This document shows positions 1 to 7,787 of a stretch of 28,734 nucleotides of DNA, piece after piece; positions within the stretch are counted from its first letter, which is position 1; the number at the start of each line of letters is the position of its first letter. The translations under genes and the position numbers were made by a program. Source of the stretch: a virus (taxonomy: Duplodnaviria > Caudoviricetes); IMG/VR virus record IMGVR_UViG_3300020593_000112, positions 1 to 28,734 of that record; one strand, written 5' to 3'. The notes under the pieces were generated by a model. It did no database searches and was not told the origin of the DNA. It saw nothing but the letters and a program-made list of their open reading frames with translations.

Positions 1-279
1 ATGTCCCCTTTTGACCCTCCCGCTCCGACCGCTCTAACTGCGCTCGACATTCGCATGCTGTACGACCGCAACCCGACCGAGGAAACGCGGCGCATGGCTT
101 GGGAACTGTGGCGGCTGCGACGCCAAGTCCTGGACATGCGCGAAATGCTGGCCGAGGCCGCAGAGAAGACGCACCGCGCTCAGGTGGTGTACGGCATTCA
201 CCGCGCGCTATTCCTCACTGAAAATGAGCCGTGCGTGCGTGAAGCGCAGGGCTTCATCCAAACGAAGCGAGCAAGCTGA
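1..279 (+). CDS. Hypothetical phage accessory protein (92 aa, helical; DRNP...MAWELWRLR motif)
   Basis: ORF with natural composition that ends just before the 289 promoter; the upstream context is not visible. Confidence 0.7.
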   Translation: MSPFDPPAPTALTALDIRMLYDRNPTEETRRMAWELWRLRRQVLDMREMLAEAAEKTHRAQVVYGIHRALFLTENEPCVREAQGFIQTKRAS

Positions 280-288
280 GAAAAGGAG

Positions 289-317
289 TTGCACAATAGA
301 CCCAATGGGTCTATAAT
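289..317 (+). promoter_or_regulatory. Sigma70 promoter TTGCAC-N17-TATAAT with palindromic operator ATAGACCC-AAT-GGGTCTAT (296-314)
   Basis: -35 at 289-294, -10 at 312-317, 17-nt spacer; a perfect 8+8 bp inverted repeat fills the spacer and overlaps the -10. Confidence 0.88.
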
Positions 318-371
318 GTTGGACATGGGTAGCGCACAGGGCGCAGCCCGACATCCTGAAAGAGAGACACT

Positions 372-569
372 ATGCAAGCCACGAAGGCCGACACCATGCA
401 AGCCGCTGAACTGGAACGAATCCACGCTGAAATCGGCAAGCTCATTGCGGAGTCCACCAAGATCAACGCCGAGGCCCGCAAGCTGAACCGTGAGACATTT
501 TGGTATCCGCTGCTGCTGGCAACCGGCCTTGTCGGCGCTATCGTGACACTCACCAAGCTGTTTCTCTAA
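372..569 (+). CDS. Small coiled-coil protein with C-terminal transmembrane helix (65 aa; alternative start 396)
   Basis: Purine-rich RBS (GAAAGAGAG) upstream; heptad-like ELERIHAEIGKLIAESTKINAEARKLNRE followed by hydrophobic FWYPLLLATGLVGAIVTLTKLFL; directly downstream of the promoter. Confidence 0.85.
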   Translation: MQATKADTMQAAELERIHAEIGKLIAESTKINAEARKLNRETFWYPLLLATGLVGAIVTLTKLFL

Positions 570-570
570 C

Positions 571-602
571 GCAAACGAAAGCCCCGCAGATGCGGGGCTT
601 GT
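571..602. terminator. GC-rich hairpin AAGCCCCGCA/TGCGGGGCTT (579-600); intrinsic terminator with the better U-tract on the minus strand
   Basis: 10-bp inverted repeat; the minus strand continues into TTTCGTTT, the plus strand only TTGT. Confidence 0.7.
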
Positions 603-605
603 CAC

Positions 606-890
606 ATGAAAACCATACTGAACTACTCACCGCCGACACCCGACGATCTGGCCGCGCTGAAAGAACAACTTGGACATACCGGTGCACAGATGGCTGACCT
701 GTTCGCCCTGGGCGGTTCGCACCAGTGGCGCAAGTACACCGGCGGGCAGGCGCCACGTGCGATGAGCGCGCAGATGCTGTTTTACGCCTGCGCGCAGCTG
801 GAACTACCCGACGACCAATTGCGCCGCGTCATGGCTCGCATGCAAGCCGTCGGGGCATCCTTCGACTATGCAGACCCCGGCCAATCGTAG
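606..890 (+). CDS. XRE/KorC-like helix-turn-helix transcriptional regulator (94 aa)
   Basis: PPTPDDLAALKEQLGHTGAQMADLFALGGSHQWRKYTGG is an HTH pattern of the KorC-like small repressor type; it lies downstream of a palindrome-containing promoter. Confidence 0.8.
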   Translation: MKTILNYSPPTPDDLAALKEQLGHTGAQMADLFALGGSHQWRKYTGGQAPRAMSAQMLFYACAQLELPDDQLRRVMARMQAVGASFDYADPGQS

Positions 891-1050
891 TCCCATCAGA
901 ACATGCGAAATTTGCGGCACCGTTTTGCCGCCGCCACGCGGGCGGGCCGCAAAGACCTGTGCTGGAGAGTGCCGCCACGAACGGCGGCGCCGCATGGAAC
1001 TGGCGCGCTACTACGCCAAGCGCACCACGCCATCAGACAGTGCATCCTAG
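868..1050 (+). CDS. Putative small Cys4 zinc-finger protein (60 aa)
   Basis: CEIC-x14-CAGEC followed by a basic helix (RHERRRRMELARYY); overlaps the previous gene end and meets the portal stop codon tail-to-tail. Confidence 0.55.
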   Translation: MQTPANRSPIRTCEICGTVLPPPRGRAAKTCAGECRHERRRRMELARYYAKRTTPSDSAS

Positions 1051-2114
1051 ACCAGCGCTGGCCCTGCCGCCGATTCACTAGTCTGCACAACGTATGGCCG
1101 AAAGCGCACAACTTGCTCACCGAGCCAATCATTCATTTCCAGGAACGTCGCTTGTAGCGGCTCCAGCTCATTGCGCGCGAACACCTGGGCCGCAGGCACG
1201 ATGGCGCCGAAGCCGCCGCTATTGGTCGGCACCAGGCCCATCAGTTGCGGCGGTACACGGTGCGCCGCCAGCAAGTCGTCGCGGGTGGCGTTCTTGATGT
1301 TGAAGAAATCATCGCGCGCGGCCACTTCGCTGACCGGGATAATCTGCAAGCCATCCTTCTTGCCACCTGGCGCATACACAAACAGGTTGCGGAAATTGCC
1401 CGGCCCCTTGGAATCCTTCAGCGCCTCGCGGATACCCTTGACATAGCTTTCGTCCTGAATGGTGTCAGTCACGTACATTACGAACCCTGCATGACTGCCG
1501 TTCAGGTAATACTTGCGGCGGAACAGCGTGGCCGATTCATTCAACCAAGCCGAATTCAGCGCGGCCAGGTATTCCGGCAGGCCGTACATTTCCTGGTTGA
1601 TGTCGGGTTGCACCAGCTGGAACACCGAGCCGGCGGCAAACTCATGCTCTTGCGCCGTGCTGGGCACGAAAAAAAACTGGCCTGCTTCGACCCCGCGTCG
1701 CATGTACTTGGCCAGCGCGTGGCGCACTGCCAGAGGCTTGCCTGTCAGGCTGTCGCGCCGCTCGCAATAGGCATTGCCGAAGGTCAGCAGGTCCAACGCC
1801 ATCCGTTGGCAGTCGCGGCGCGAGAACAACGGATGCGGCTCTAGCGTAGAGGCCAGGATGTTGGACTTGAAGTAGATGGCCGAGCTGTGATGCGGGCTTG
1901 CCCGGAACGACTTGGCCAGGCCACCAAAGCTGATAGGCGGCTCGTACCAGCGTCCATTGCGCCAGCACTCCAGGTAATCGAGAATTTCCCGCCGGTCCAG
2001 CATCGGTACGGGATCGCCAAACGTGAAGGCCTCGACGTTGGCCGGCGCGGGCGCAGTGGCCTGCATTTCGACATGGGCGGCGCGGTGTGCCCGCGCCTGT
2101 TTGCTTCGCTTCAT
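1047..2114 (-). CDS. gpQ: Phage portal protein, PBSX/P2 gpQ family
   Basis: AFTFGDPVP, WYEPPISF, HHSSAIYFK, YGLPEYL, FRRKYYLNGSHAGF and AAHRVPPQLMG motifs. Confidence 0.97.
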   Translation of the reverse strand: MKRSKQARAHRAAHVEMQATAPAPANVEAFTFGDPVPMLDRREILDYLECWRNGRWYEPPISFGGLAKSFRASPHHSSAIYFKSNILASTLEPHPLFSRRDCQRMALDLLTFGNAYCERRDSLTGKPLAVRHALAKYMRRGVEAGQFFFVPSTAQEHEFAAGSVFQLVQPDINQEMYGLPEYLAALNSAWLNESATLFRRKYYLNGSHAGFVMYVTDTIQDESYVKGIREALKDSKGPGNFRNLFVYAPGGKKDGLQIIPVSEVAARDDFFNIKNATRDDLLAAHRVPPQLMGLVPTNSGGFGAIVPAAQVFARNELEPLQATFLEMNDWLGEQVVRFRPYVVQTSESAAGPALV

Positions 2115-3865
2115 CCGTAAATCTCCACAAGGCCCTGGCTCGCGCCGGTGGCGCCGGCCAGGGATTCATAATCAAGGGCGTGCATCAGCGCCCAGGCGAG
2201 GTCCGCATGGCCGGTCTCTGCGGCGCGGCCCGCGTCATAGGTGACGCTCTTTCCGCTCGCGGTCATGGTCTTGCGTATCGACATCAGCGCCTGCGCAAGA
2301 TCGGTGGCGCCGGCGTCGAACTCCAGGCGCTTGTTGCGGATCACGTCGCCGGCCTTGAGCACCAGGCGGCTTTTCACTTCGGGCGAATAGGCGTAGGCCC
2401 GCGCACTGGGGAAAAACTGCTTGACCAGCTGGTACACGCCCTGGCCCATGCCGGTCGCGTCGATGCCGATATAGACCACGGCGTACCGCTCGGTAATTTC
2501 CTTGATCTTCTTGGCCTGGGCGGCAAAGTCCATGCCGCGCCACTGGTGGCGCTCCAGCACGCGAAACTTGCCGCCCGGCGTGCGGGGCGCGGCCAGCACT
2601 ACGCAACCCGCAGAATCGCCTGTCAGCGAAGGGTCATAGCCGACAAGCACGGGATGGTGCCCATAGGGCCGCAGCAGGAACGGCTGCACATCGACCCATT
2701 CCACCATCGAATCGACCATGCAGCCCTGGAGCATGGCCAGCGGGAAGATGGACGCCGTGTCGTCAATGAACCCGCACATGAGCAGGTTCTCAAACTGATC
2801 AGGGCTGTACTCCAGCCGCAATTCTTCGATGTCGAACAGGTCGCAGCCGCCGGCCTGAGCATCCAGAATTGTCACGATCTGGCGCCAAATCCGGTCATCG
2901 CAACGATGGCCGTCCTTCAGGATGGCGTGCGCCACGTCAATGGCGACCTGTTCACGTTTGGCGCGCCGCTTGTTGAACAGCTCCCCTGTCCATAGCGGGT
3001 AAGCCTCATGGGCCATGCTCGACGGCGTGGAAAAGTAGGTTTTGCGCCATCGTTTCTGCAACGCCATGCCGCTGGCCACCTTGTTGAGTTCGGCAAAGCG
3101 CGGCACCCAGAAGAACTCATCGAAATAGAAATTGCCGTGGTAGCCCTGCGCGGTGCGCGCATTGGTGCCGAGAAAGTACAGGTGCGCACCATTGGGAAGA
3201 ATGATCGGGTCGCCCTTGAGGTCTACATCCGCCGCCTCACGGGCGAACTGCACGATGTACTGCTTGAACACATGTGCCTGCGATTTCGACGCGGACAGGA
3301 ATATCTGATTGCGCCCGGTGCGGATGGCATCGTCCAGCGCCTCACGGGCGAAATACCACGTTGCCCCGATCTGGCGCGATTTCAGAACCATGCGCGTGCG
3401 CTGGTCGCCATTGCGCAGCCACACCTTTTGGTAGTCGAACAGAGATTCACGGAAGGCCTGGGAAATCTTCTTGGCCTGGTCTTCGCTGATCGCGTTGCGC
3501 TCCGGCTTGCGCTTCGGCCCGGCATTGCGGCGTTCGATATTGGGGTTTAGATCGGCCTCGGTGCCGCCATCGTCATAGCGGCGCACGCGTGCGGTCCGCT
3601 CAAGCTGGCGCCCCAGCAGGTCAATTTCCTTGAAGTCCCGGCCGTCCTTTTCCGTCTTGGCAATCAGCGTGCATAGGCGCGCTTCCAGCGACGATTCAAC
3701 GCGCGCCACGGGGGAAGCCGCATCCCATTTATCGCGGGTCTTCCAGCTGTGCACCGTCGTGCGCTTTTCTCCCAGGTGGCGCGCAATGGACGCGACACGC
3801 CAGCCCTGCCAATAGAGGTCACGGGCAACGCGGCGCGGGTCGATTTGTTCGGCAATTTGCAACAT
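2111..3865 (-). CDS. gpP: Terminase large (ATPase) subunit, P2 gpP
   Basis: LYWQGW N-terminus, LKSRQIGATWYFAREA Walker A region, YFDEFFW, GYDPS and GHADLAWA; start placed at ATG 3865. Confidence 0.97.
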   Translation of the reverse strand: MLQIAEQIDPRRVARDLYWQGWRVASIARHLGEKRTTVHSWKTRDKWDAASPVARVESSLEARLCTLIAKTEKDGRDFKEIDLLGRQLERTARVRRYDDGGTEADLNPNIERRNAGPKRKPERNAISEDQAKKISQAFRESLFDYQKVWLRNGDQRTRMVLKSRQIGATWYFAREALDDAIRTGRNQIFLSASKSQAHVFKQYIVQFAREAADVDLKGDPIILPNGAHLYFLGTNARTAQGYHGNFYFDEFFWVPRFAELNKVASGMALQKRWRKTYFSTPSSMAHEAYPLWTGELFNKRRAKREQVAIDVAHAILKDGHRCDDRIWRQIVTILDAQAGGCDLFDIEELRLEYSPDQFENLLMCGFIDDTASIFPLAMLQGCMVDSMVEWVDVQPFLLRPYGHHPVLVGYDPSLTGDSAGCVVLAAPRTPGGKFRVLERHQWRGMDFAAQAKKIKEITERYAVVYIGIDATGMGQGVYQLVKQFFPSARAYAYSPEVKSRLVLKAGDVIRNKRLEFDAGATDLAQALMSIRKTMTASGKSVTYDAGRAAETGHADLAWALMHALDYESLAGATGASQGLVEIYG

Positions 3866-3871
3866 GCCGCC

Positions 3872-3970
3872 ATCGTGCCGGGGTTCTCCGCGCGCGCGTG
3901 AGGATGCGGCTTGTCGCCGGCGCAGCGACACATGCAACCGATTGAGTGGGTGGGCGCAGCGGGCGAGTAT
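3872..3970. promoter_or_regulatory. Divergent late promoters pP/pO sharing one Ogr-type site TGT-N13-ACA (3912-3930)
   Basis: TGTCGC-N7-GCGACA palindrome; 34 nt away on each side lies an nAnnnT hexamer (CACGAT minus 3877-3872; GAGTAT plus 3965-3970). Confidence 0.75.
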
Positions 3971-4005
3971 GGCAACACCCGAACACCACCACTAGCGAGC
4001 AGACT

Positions 4006-4848
4006 ATGAAATGGTTCACCGTGGCCACCGAAGGCCAGACCACCGATGGCCGCGAAATCCAACCGTCATGGCTGGAAGAAATCGCGGCTACCTACGACCG
4101 CAAGAAATACGGCGCGCGCATCTGGCTGGAACACATCCGCAGCTTGCTGCCCGACAGCCCGTTCAAGGCCTACGGCGACGTGCTGGCCGTGCGCACCGCG
4201 AAGAACGCCGAAGGCAAGACCACGCTCGAAGCGCAGCTGGACCCCACGCCGGAGCTGGTCGCCATGAACAAGACGCGCCAGAAAATCTTCACGTCGATGG
4301 AAATTCAGCCCAACTTTGCCGGCTCCGGCAAGTACGGGTTGATCGGCCTGGCCGTCACCGACAGCCCCGCCAGCCTGGGCACCGACATTCTGGCCTTCGC
4401 TGCGCAGAACCCTACGGCGCACCCCTACGCGGCGCGCAAACAAAGCCCGGAAAACCTGTTCACCAGCGCGATGGAAACGGTGCTGGACTTCAGCGAACCC
4501 ACCACGTCGCCTGCATCCGATGCGGCCGATTCGTTCTTTTCCCGGCTGGGCGACCTGTTGCGCGGCGTGGGCACCAGCAACCGCGCCCCGCAGGAGCGCC
4601 AGACGCCGCAGGCATCCGATGAGCTGCTGCAAGCCTTCACGGCCTTTGAAAAGGCCTACCGCGAAGGCAGCGACGCCACGGCGGCGAAAGTGGCCAAGCT
4701 GGAAAGCGAGCTGGCCGAATTCAAGAAGACGGCGGCGAGCGCCGAAGACCTGGCCCAACTGCGCGCCGTGCTCGACAAAACGCCGAACGGCTACGCGTCC
4801 CGCCCGGCCGCCACCGGCGGCAATGGCGAGCAGGTCACTGACTGCTGA
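4006..4848 (+). CDS. gpO: Capsid scaffolding protein/protease, P2 gpO
   Basis: KWFTVATEGQTTDGR, IWLEH and GLAVTDSPASLGT motifs, C-terminal RPAATGG..TDC; start at ATG 4006. Confidence 0.96.
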   Translation: MKWFTVATEGQTTDGREIQPSWLEEIAATYDRKKYGARIWLEHIRSLLPDSPFKAYGDVLAVRTAKNAEGKTTLEAQLDPTPELVAMNKTRQKIFTSMEIQPNFAGSGKYGLIGLAVTDSPASLGTDILAFAAQNPTAHPYAARKQSPENLFTSAMETVLDFSEPTTSPASDAADSFFSRLGDLLRGVGTSNRAPQERQTPQASDELLQAFTAFEKAYREGSDATAAKVAKLESELAEFKKTAASAEDLAQLRAVLDKTPNGYASRPAATGGNGEQVTDC

Positions 4849-4905
4849 CGCGGCAAGCCCCGAACAGAACCCCTACGCAAACCCGTACACCTGGACATCA
4901 TCACC

Positions 4906-5946
4906 ATGCGCAACGAAACCCGCCTGAAGTTCAATGCCTACCTGCGGCAACTGGCCACGCTCAACGGCGTGGACGACGCCACCAAGACCTTTGCCGTGTC
5001 GCCCTCGGTGCAACAGACCCTCGAAACCAAGATGCAGGAAAGCGCCGGCTTTCTGTCCCGCATCAACGTCACGGGTGTGACCGACCAGCAGGGCGAAAAG
5101 CTGGGCCTGAGCCTGTCCGGCCCCATTGCCTCACGCACCGACACCGCCGCCAAGTCCCGCGAGCCGCGCGACCTGTCGACGCTCGACGCCAACGGCTATC
5201 ACTGCCGCAAGACCGACTATGACTCGTTCATCCCCTACGCGCGGCTGGACGCCTGGGCGCGGTTTCCTGACTTCCAGACCCGCATCCGCGATCTGTTGAT
5301 TCATCGCCAGGCGCTGGACCGCATCATGATCGGTTTCAACGGCCGCAGCATCGCTGCGACCACCGATCCCGAGGCCAACCCGCTGCTGCAGGACGTAAAC
5401 AAGGGCTGGCTCCAGAAGGCGCGCGAGAATGCCCCCGAGCGCGTCATGCACGAAGGCGTGACCGATTCGGGCAAAATCATCGTCGGCGGGGCGAACGGCG
5501 ACTACCGCAACCTGGATGCGCTGGTGTATGACGCCATCCAACTGCTGGACCCGTGGCACCACGAAAATGCCGGCCTGGTCGCTCTCGTGGGGCGTGGCCT
5601 CATGCACGACAAGTATTTCCCGCTGGTCAACCAGGACAGCAAGGCTACCGATACCCTGGCCGGTGACATCATCATCAGCCAGAAGCGCATCGGCGGCCTG
5701 CCGGCGGTTCAAGCGCCGTTCTTTCCCGATAAAACGGTGCTGATCACCCCGCTGGACAACCTTTCGCTGTATTGGCAGATCGGCGGGCGCCGGCGCTACG
5801 TGCAGGAGAACCCCGCGCGCAACCGCGTCGATACGTTCGAGAGTTCCAACGACGACTACGTCGTCGAAGACTACGGCCAGTTGGCCTTGGTCGAGAACAT
5901 CGAGTTGGTCGAGGAAGTGAAGCAACCCGCAGGCGAGCAGGCGTAA
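4906..5946 (+). CDS. gpN: Major capsid protein, P2 gpN
   Basis: MRNETRLKFNAY, LDAWARFPDFQ, ALDRIMIGFNG, NPLLQDVNKGWLQK and LDNLSLYWQ motifs. Confidence 0.98.
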   Translation: MRNETRLKFNAYLRQLATLNGVDDATKTFAVSPSVQQTLETKMQESAGFLSRINVTGVTDQQGEKLGLSLSGPIASRTDTAAKSREPRDLSTLDANGYHCRKTDYDSFIPYARLDAWARFPDFQTRIRDLLIHRQALDRIMIGFNGRSIAATTDPEANPLLQDVNKGWLQKARENAPERVMHEGVTDSGKIIVGGANGDYRNLDALVYDAIQLLDPWHHENAGLVALVGRGLMHDKYFPLVNQDSKATDTLAGDIIISQKRIGGLPAVQAPFFPDKTVLITPLDNLSLYWQIGGRRRYVQENPARNRVDTFESSNDDYVVEDYGQLALVENIELVEEVKQPAGEQA

Positions 5947-5948
5947 CC

Positions 5949-6641
5949 ATGGCCAGCCCTGCACAACTTCATCGCATGCGGGTGCTGGCCGCCCGCGCGC
6001 GCGCCAGTACCGACGCGCCGGCCACCATCGGCGGCGTCTATGGCCAGATGATGGCCAAGCTGACCCAGGACGCCCGCCGGCTGCACGACATCCAGTCGGT
6101 GGAACGCAAGATTGCCGTCAAGCGCGAGCTGTTGCCCGACTACCAGGCGTACATCGACGGCGTACTGACCGGCGACACCGGCGAGCAGGACGAGGTAATG
6201 GCCACGCTCATGCTGTGGCACATCGACGCCGGCCTGTACGAGCGGGGCCTGGACATCGCGGCCTATGTGCTGCGGCACGACCTGGCGCTACCGGAACGGC
6301 TCAAGCGCAACACGGCCACGCTACTGCTGGACGAAGTGGCCGGCCCGCTGGCCAATGGCGCCGTGGTGGACTGGACCCGTGCCATGAGCATCCTGCAACG
6401 AGTGGCGATGCTGGTCGATGGCCAGGACGCGCCCGACCAGGCCCGCGCCAAGCTGCACCTGGCCATCGGCAAAATCCTGGCCGCCCAGGCCGGCGAGAAC
6501 CCGACCGGCCAGCAGGTTGACATGGCGCGCGCCGCCCTGGCCCAGCTGTCGCGTGCGGTGGCCCTGCATTCCGGTGTGGGCGCCAAGAAGCTGATTGAAC
6601 AGCTGGAGCGACGAATCAAGAACGCTGGCGACGCCGGCTAA
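5949..6641 (+). CDS. gpM: Terminase small (endonuclease) subunit, P2 gpM
   Basis: SPAQLH, IQSVERKIAVKRELLP, QDEV..LWHIDAG, DAPDQARAKL and GAKKLIEQLER motifs; start at ATG 5949. Confidence 0.95.
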   Translation: MASPAQLHRMRVLAARARASTDAPATIGGVYGQMMAKLTQDARRLHDIQSVERKIAVKRELLPDYQAYIDGVLTGDTGEQDEVMATLMLWHIDAGLYERGLDIAAYVLRHDLALPERLKRNTATLLLDEVAGPLANGAVVDWTRAMSILQRVAMLVDGQDAPDQARAKLHLAIGKILAAQAGENPTGQQVDMARAALAQLSRAVALHSGVGAKKLIEQLERRIKNAGDAG

Positions 6642-6733
6642 CCGAGTGCCCCCAAGCGCACGGCGGCGCGGGCTGAAGGCAGGTTTATGACCTGCTGGAC
6701 GCCCGCCCACCGCCGACCTGACCACACATCGCC

Positions 6734-7204
6734 ATGAGCTTCATTGCCTCCGCCCAGCCCGCCACCAGCACGCCGCCCGCCACCGTGGCCAATGATGGCT
6801 TTTTCCCCGACATCGACCTGGCCCATGCCCGCGACACATTGCGCCTGGATGGCACCGTTACCGACGCCCGCCTGGCCCACGCCATCACCGGCGCGCTGCT
6901 GGAACTGGCCAACGACCTGGCCGGATGGAAGGCGGCGCAGCAGGCACTGGGATACGAAACCCTGGCGGCAGTGCCGGGCGATCAGATCGCGGGAAAGACC
7001 CGCCAGGCGCACGCCTACCTGCGGGCGGTGTATTGCCTGGTCAAAGCCGATCTGATCGAACGCATGGCCGACTACGACGCCACGGGCGCGGGGCAGAAGC
7101 GCAGCGACCGGCAGGAGGAATCCCCCGATGAGCAACGCCGCAATGCCCGCTGGGCCGTGGCGGATATTCAGGGTCTGCGCCGCACCGTGGTGGAGCTGAT
7201 CTGA
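6734..7204 (+). CDS. gpL: Head completion/stabilization protein, P2 gpL
   Basis: NDGFFPDID, RLDGTVT, YLRAVY, DYDATGAG and RWAVADIQG..RTVVELI motifs. Confidence 0.95.
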   Translation: MSFIASAQPATSTPPATVANDGFFPDIDLAHARDTLRLDGTVTDARLAHAITGALLELANDLAGWKAAQQALGYETLAAVPGDQIAGKTRQAHAYLRAVYCLVKADLIERMADYDATGAGQKRSDRQEESPDEQRRNARWAVADIQGLRRTVVELI

Positions 7205-7410
7205 TGAAAGTACAGGCGCAGCAGCACGACACGGTAGACGCCCTTTGCTGGCGTCACCTGGGCAAGACACGCGATGTGGTCGAACAAACCCTGGAACTCA
7301 ACCCCGGCCTGGCCGATCACGGCCCGGTATTGCCGCATGGCCTGGTGGTCGAGCTGCCCCAAGCCACGCCGGCGCCGGCCGCGAAACCGACAACCAAACT
7401 TTGGGACTGA
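7204..7410 (+). CDS. gpX: Tail protein X (LysM-like), P2 gpX
   Basis: QHDTVDALCWRHLG, NPGLADHGPVLPHG and terminal LWD. Confidence 0.95.
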   Translation: MKVQAQQHDTVDALCWRHLGKTRDVVEQTLELNPGLADHGPVLPHGLVVELPQATPAPAAKPTTKLWD

Positions 7411-7415
7411 ACAGC

Positions 7416-7787
7416 ATGGCCGAACCTTCGACCCTCACCACGGGCGCCACTACCCTGATTTCGGGCGCCGCGCTGGCTTCGATCTTGCCGCATGTGGATG
7501 CCAATGCGGCCTTCGGCGCCGTCATGGGCGCGGCCCTCGTGGCCAGCGTCAACAAAGACCTGAGCGCCTGGAAGCGCTTTACGTCTTTCCTGTTCTCCGC
7601 GCTGTGCGGCTACGGCGGCGCGGGCGAATTCATCGCGCGCGGCTGGGCCAAGGAAAGTTTCTTTCCCGCGCTGTTCGTGGCGCTGGTCATCGTGCCGGTG
7701 GCGCTCAAGATCATTGCGCAGGCGCCCGACATCGAGCTGGACAAGCTGCGCGCCTTCATCGTCAAGCATTTGGGAGGCACCAAATGA
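7416..7787 (+). CDS. Putative holin (multi-TM membrane protein)
   Basis: MAEPST start, three to four hydrophobic segments, first gene of the lysis cassette after gpX. Confidence 0.8.
   Translation: MAEPSTLTTGATTLISGAALASILPHVDANAAFGAVMGAALVASVNKDLSAWKRFTSFLFSALCGYGGAGEFIARGWAKESFFPALFVALVIVPVALKIIAQAPDIELDKLRAFIVKHLGGTK

Noticed and set aside
198-605. 135-aa minus-strand ORF (and 289..486 plus) across the moron
   Set aside because: Antisense or overlapping shadows of the better supported 372-569 gene and its promoter; no motifs
920-950. GCGTGGCGGCGGCAAA on the minus strand resembling the P2/186 cos core (GGCG[AT]GGCGGGGAAAGCA)
   Set aside because: Only a partial match, in the wrong orientation relative to the portal, and inside a plausible ORF; cos probably lies left of the window
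2087-2995. Long ORFs antisense to or overlapping structural genes (e.g. 2087-2995, 5131-5964, 7926-8852, 9334-10323, 13574-14707, 16231-17193, 26016-26801)
   Set aside because: Typical stop-poor shadow frames of high-GC coding DNA opposite clearly conserved genes
3866-4005. N-terminal extensions of gpP (to 3937) and gpO (from 3946) in the ORF track; likewise for gpM, holins, Rz, gpV, FI, T, ogr and the replicase
   Set aside because: They run through promoter motifs or upstream genes; family-typical N-termini begin at the downstream ATGs reported
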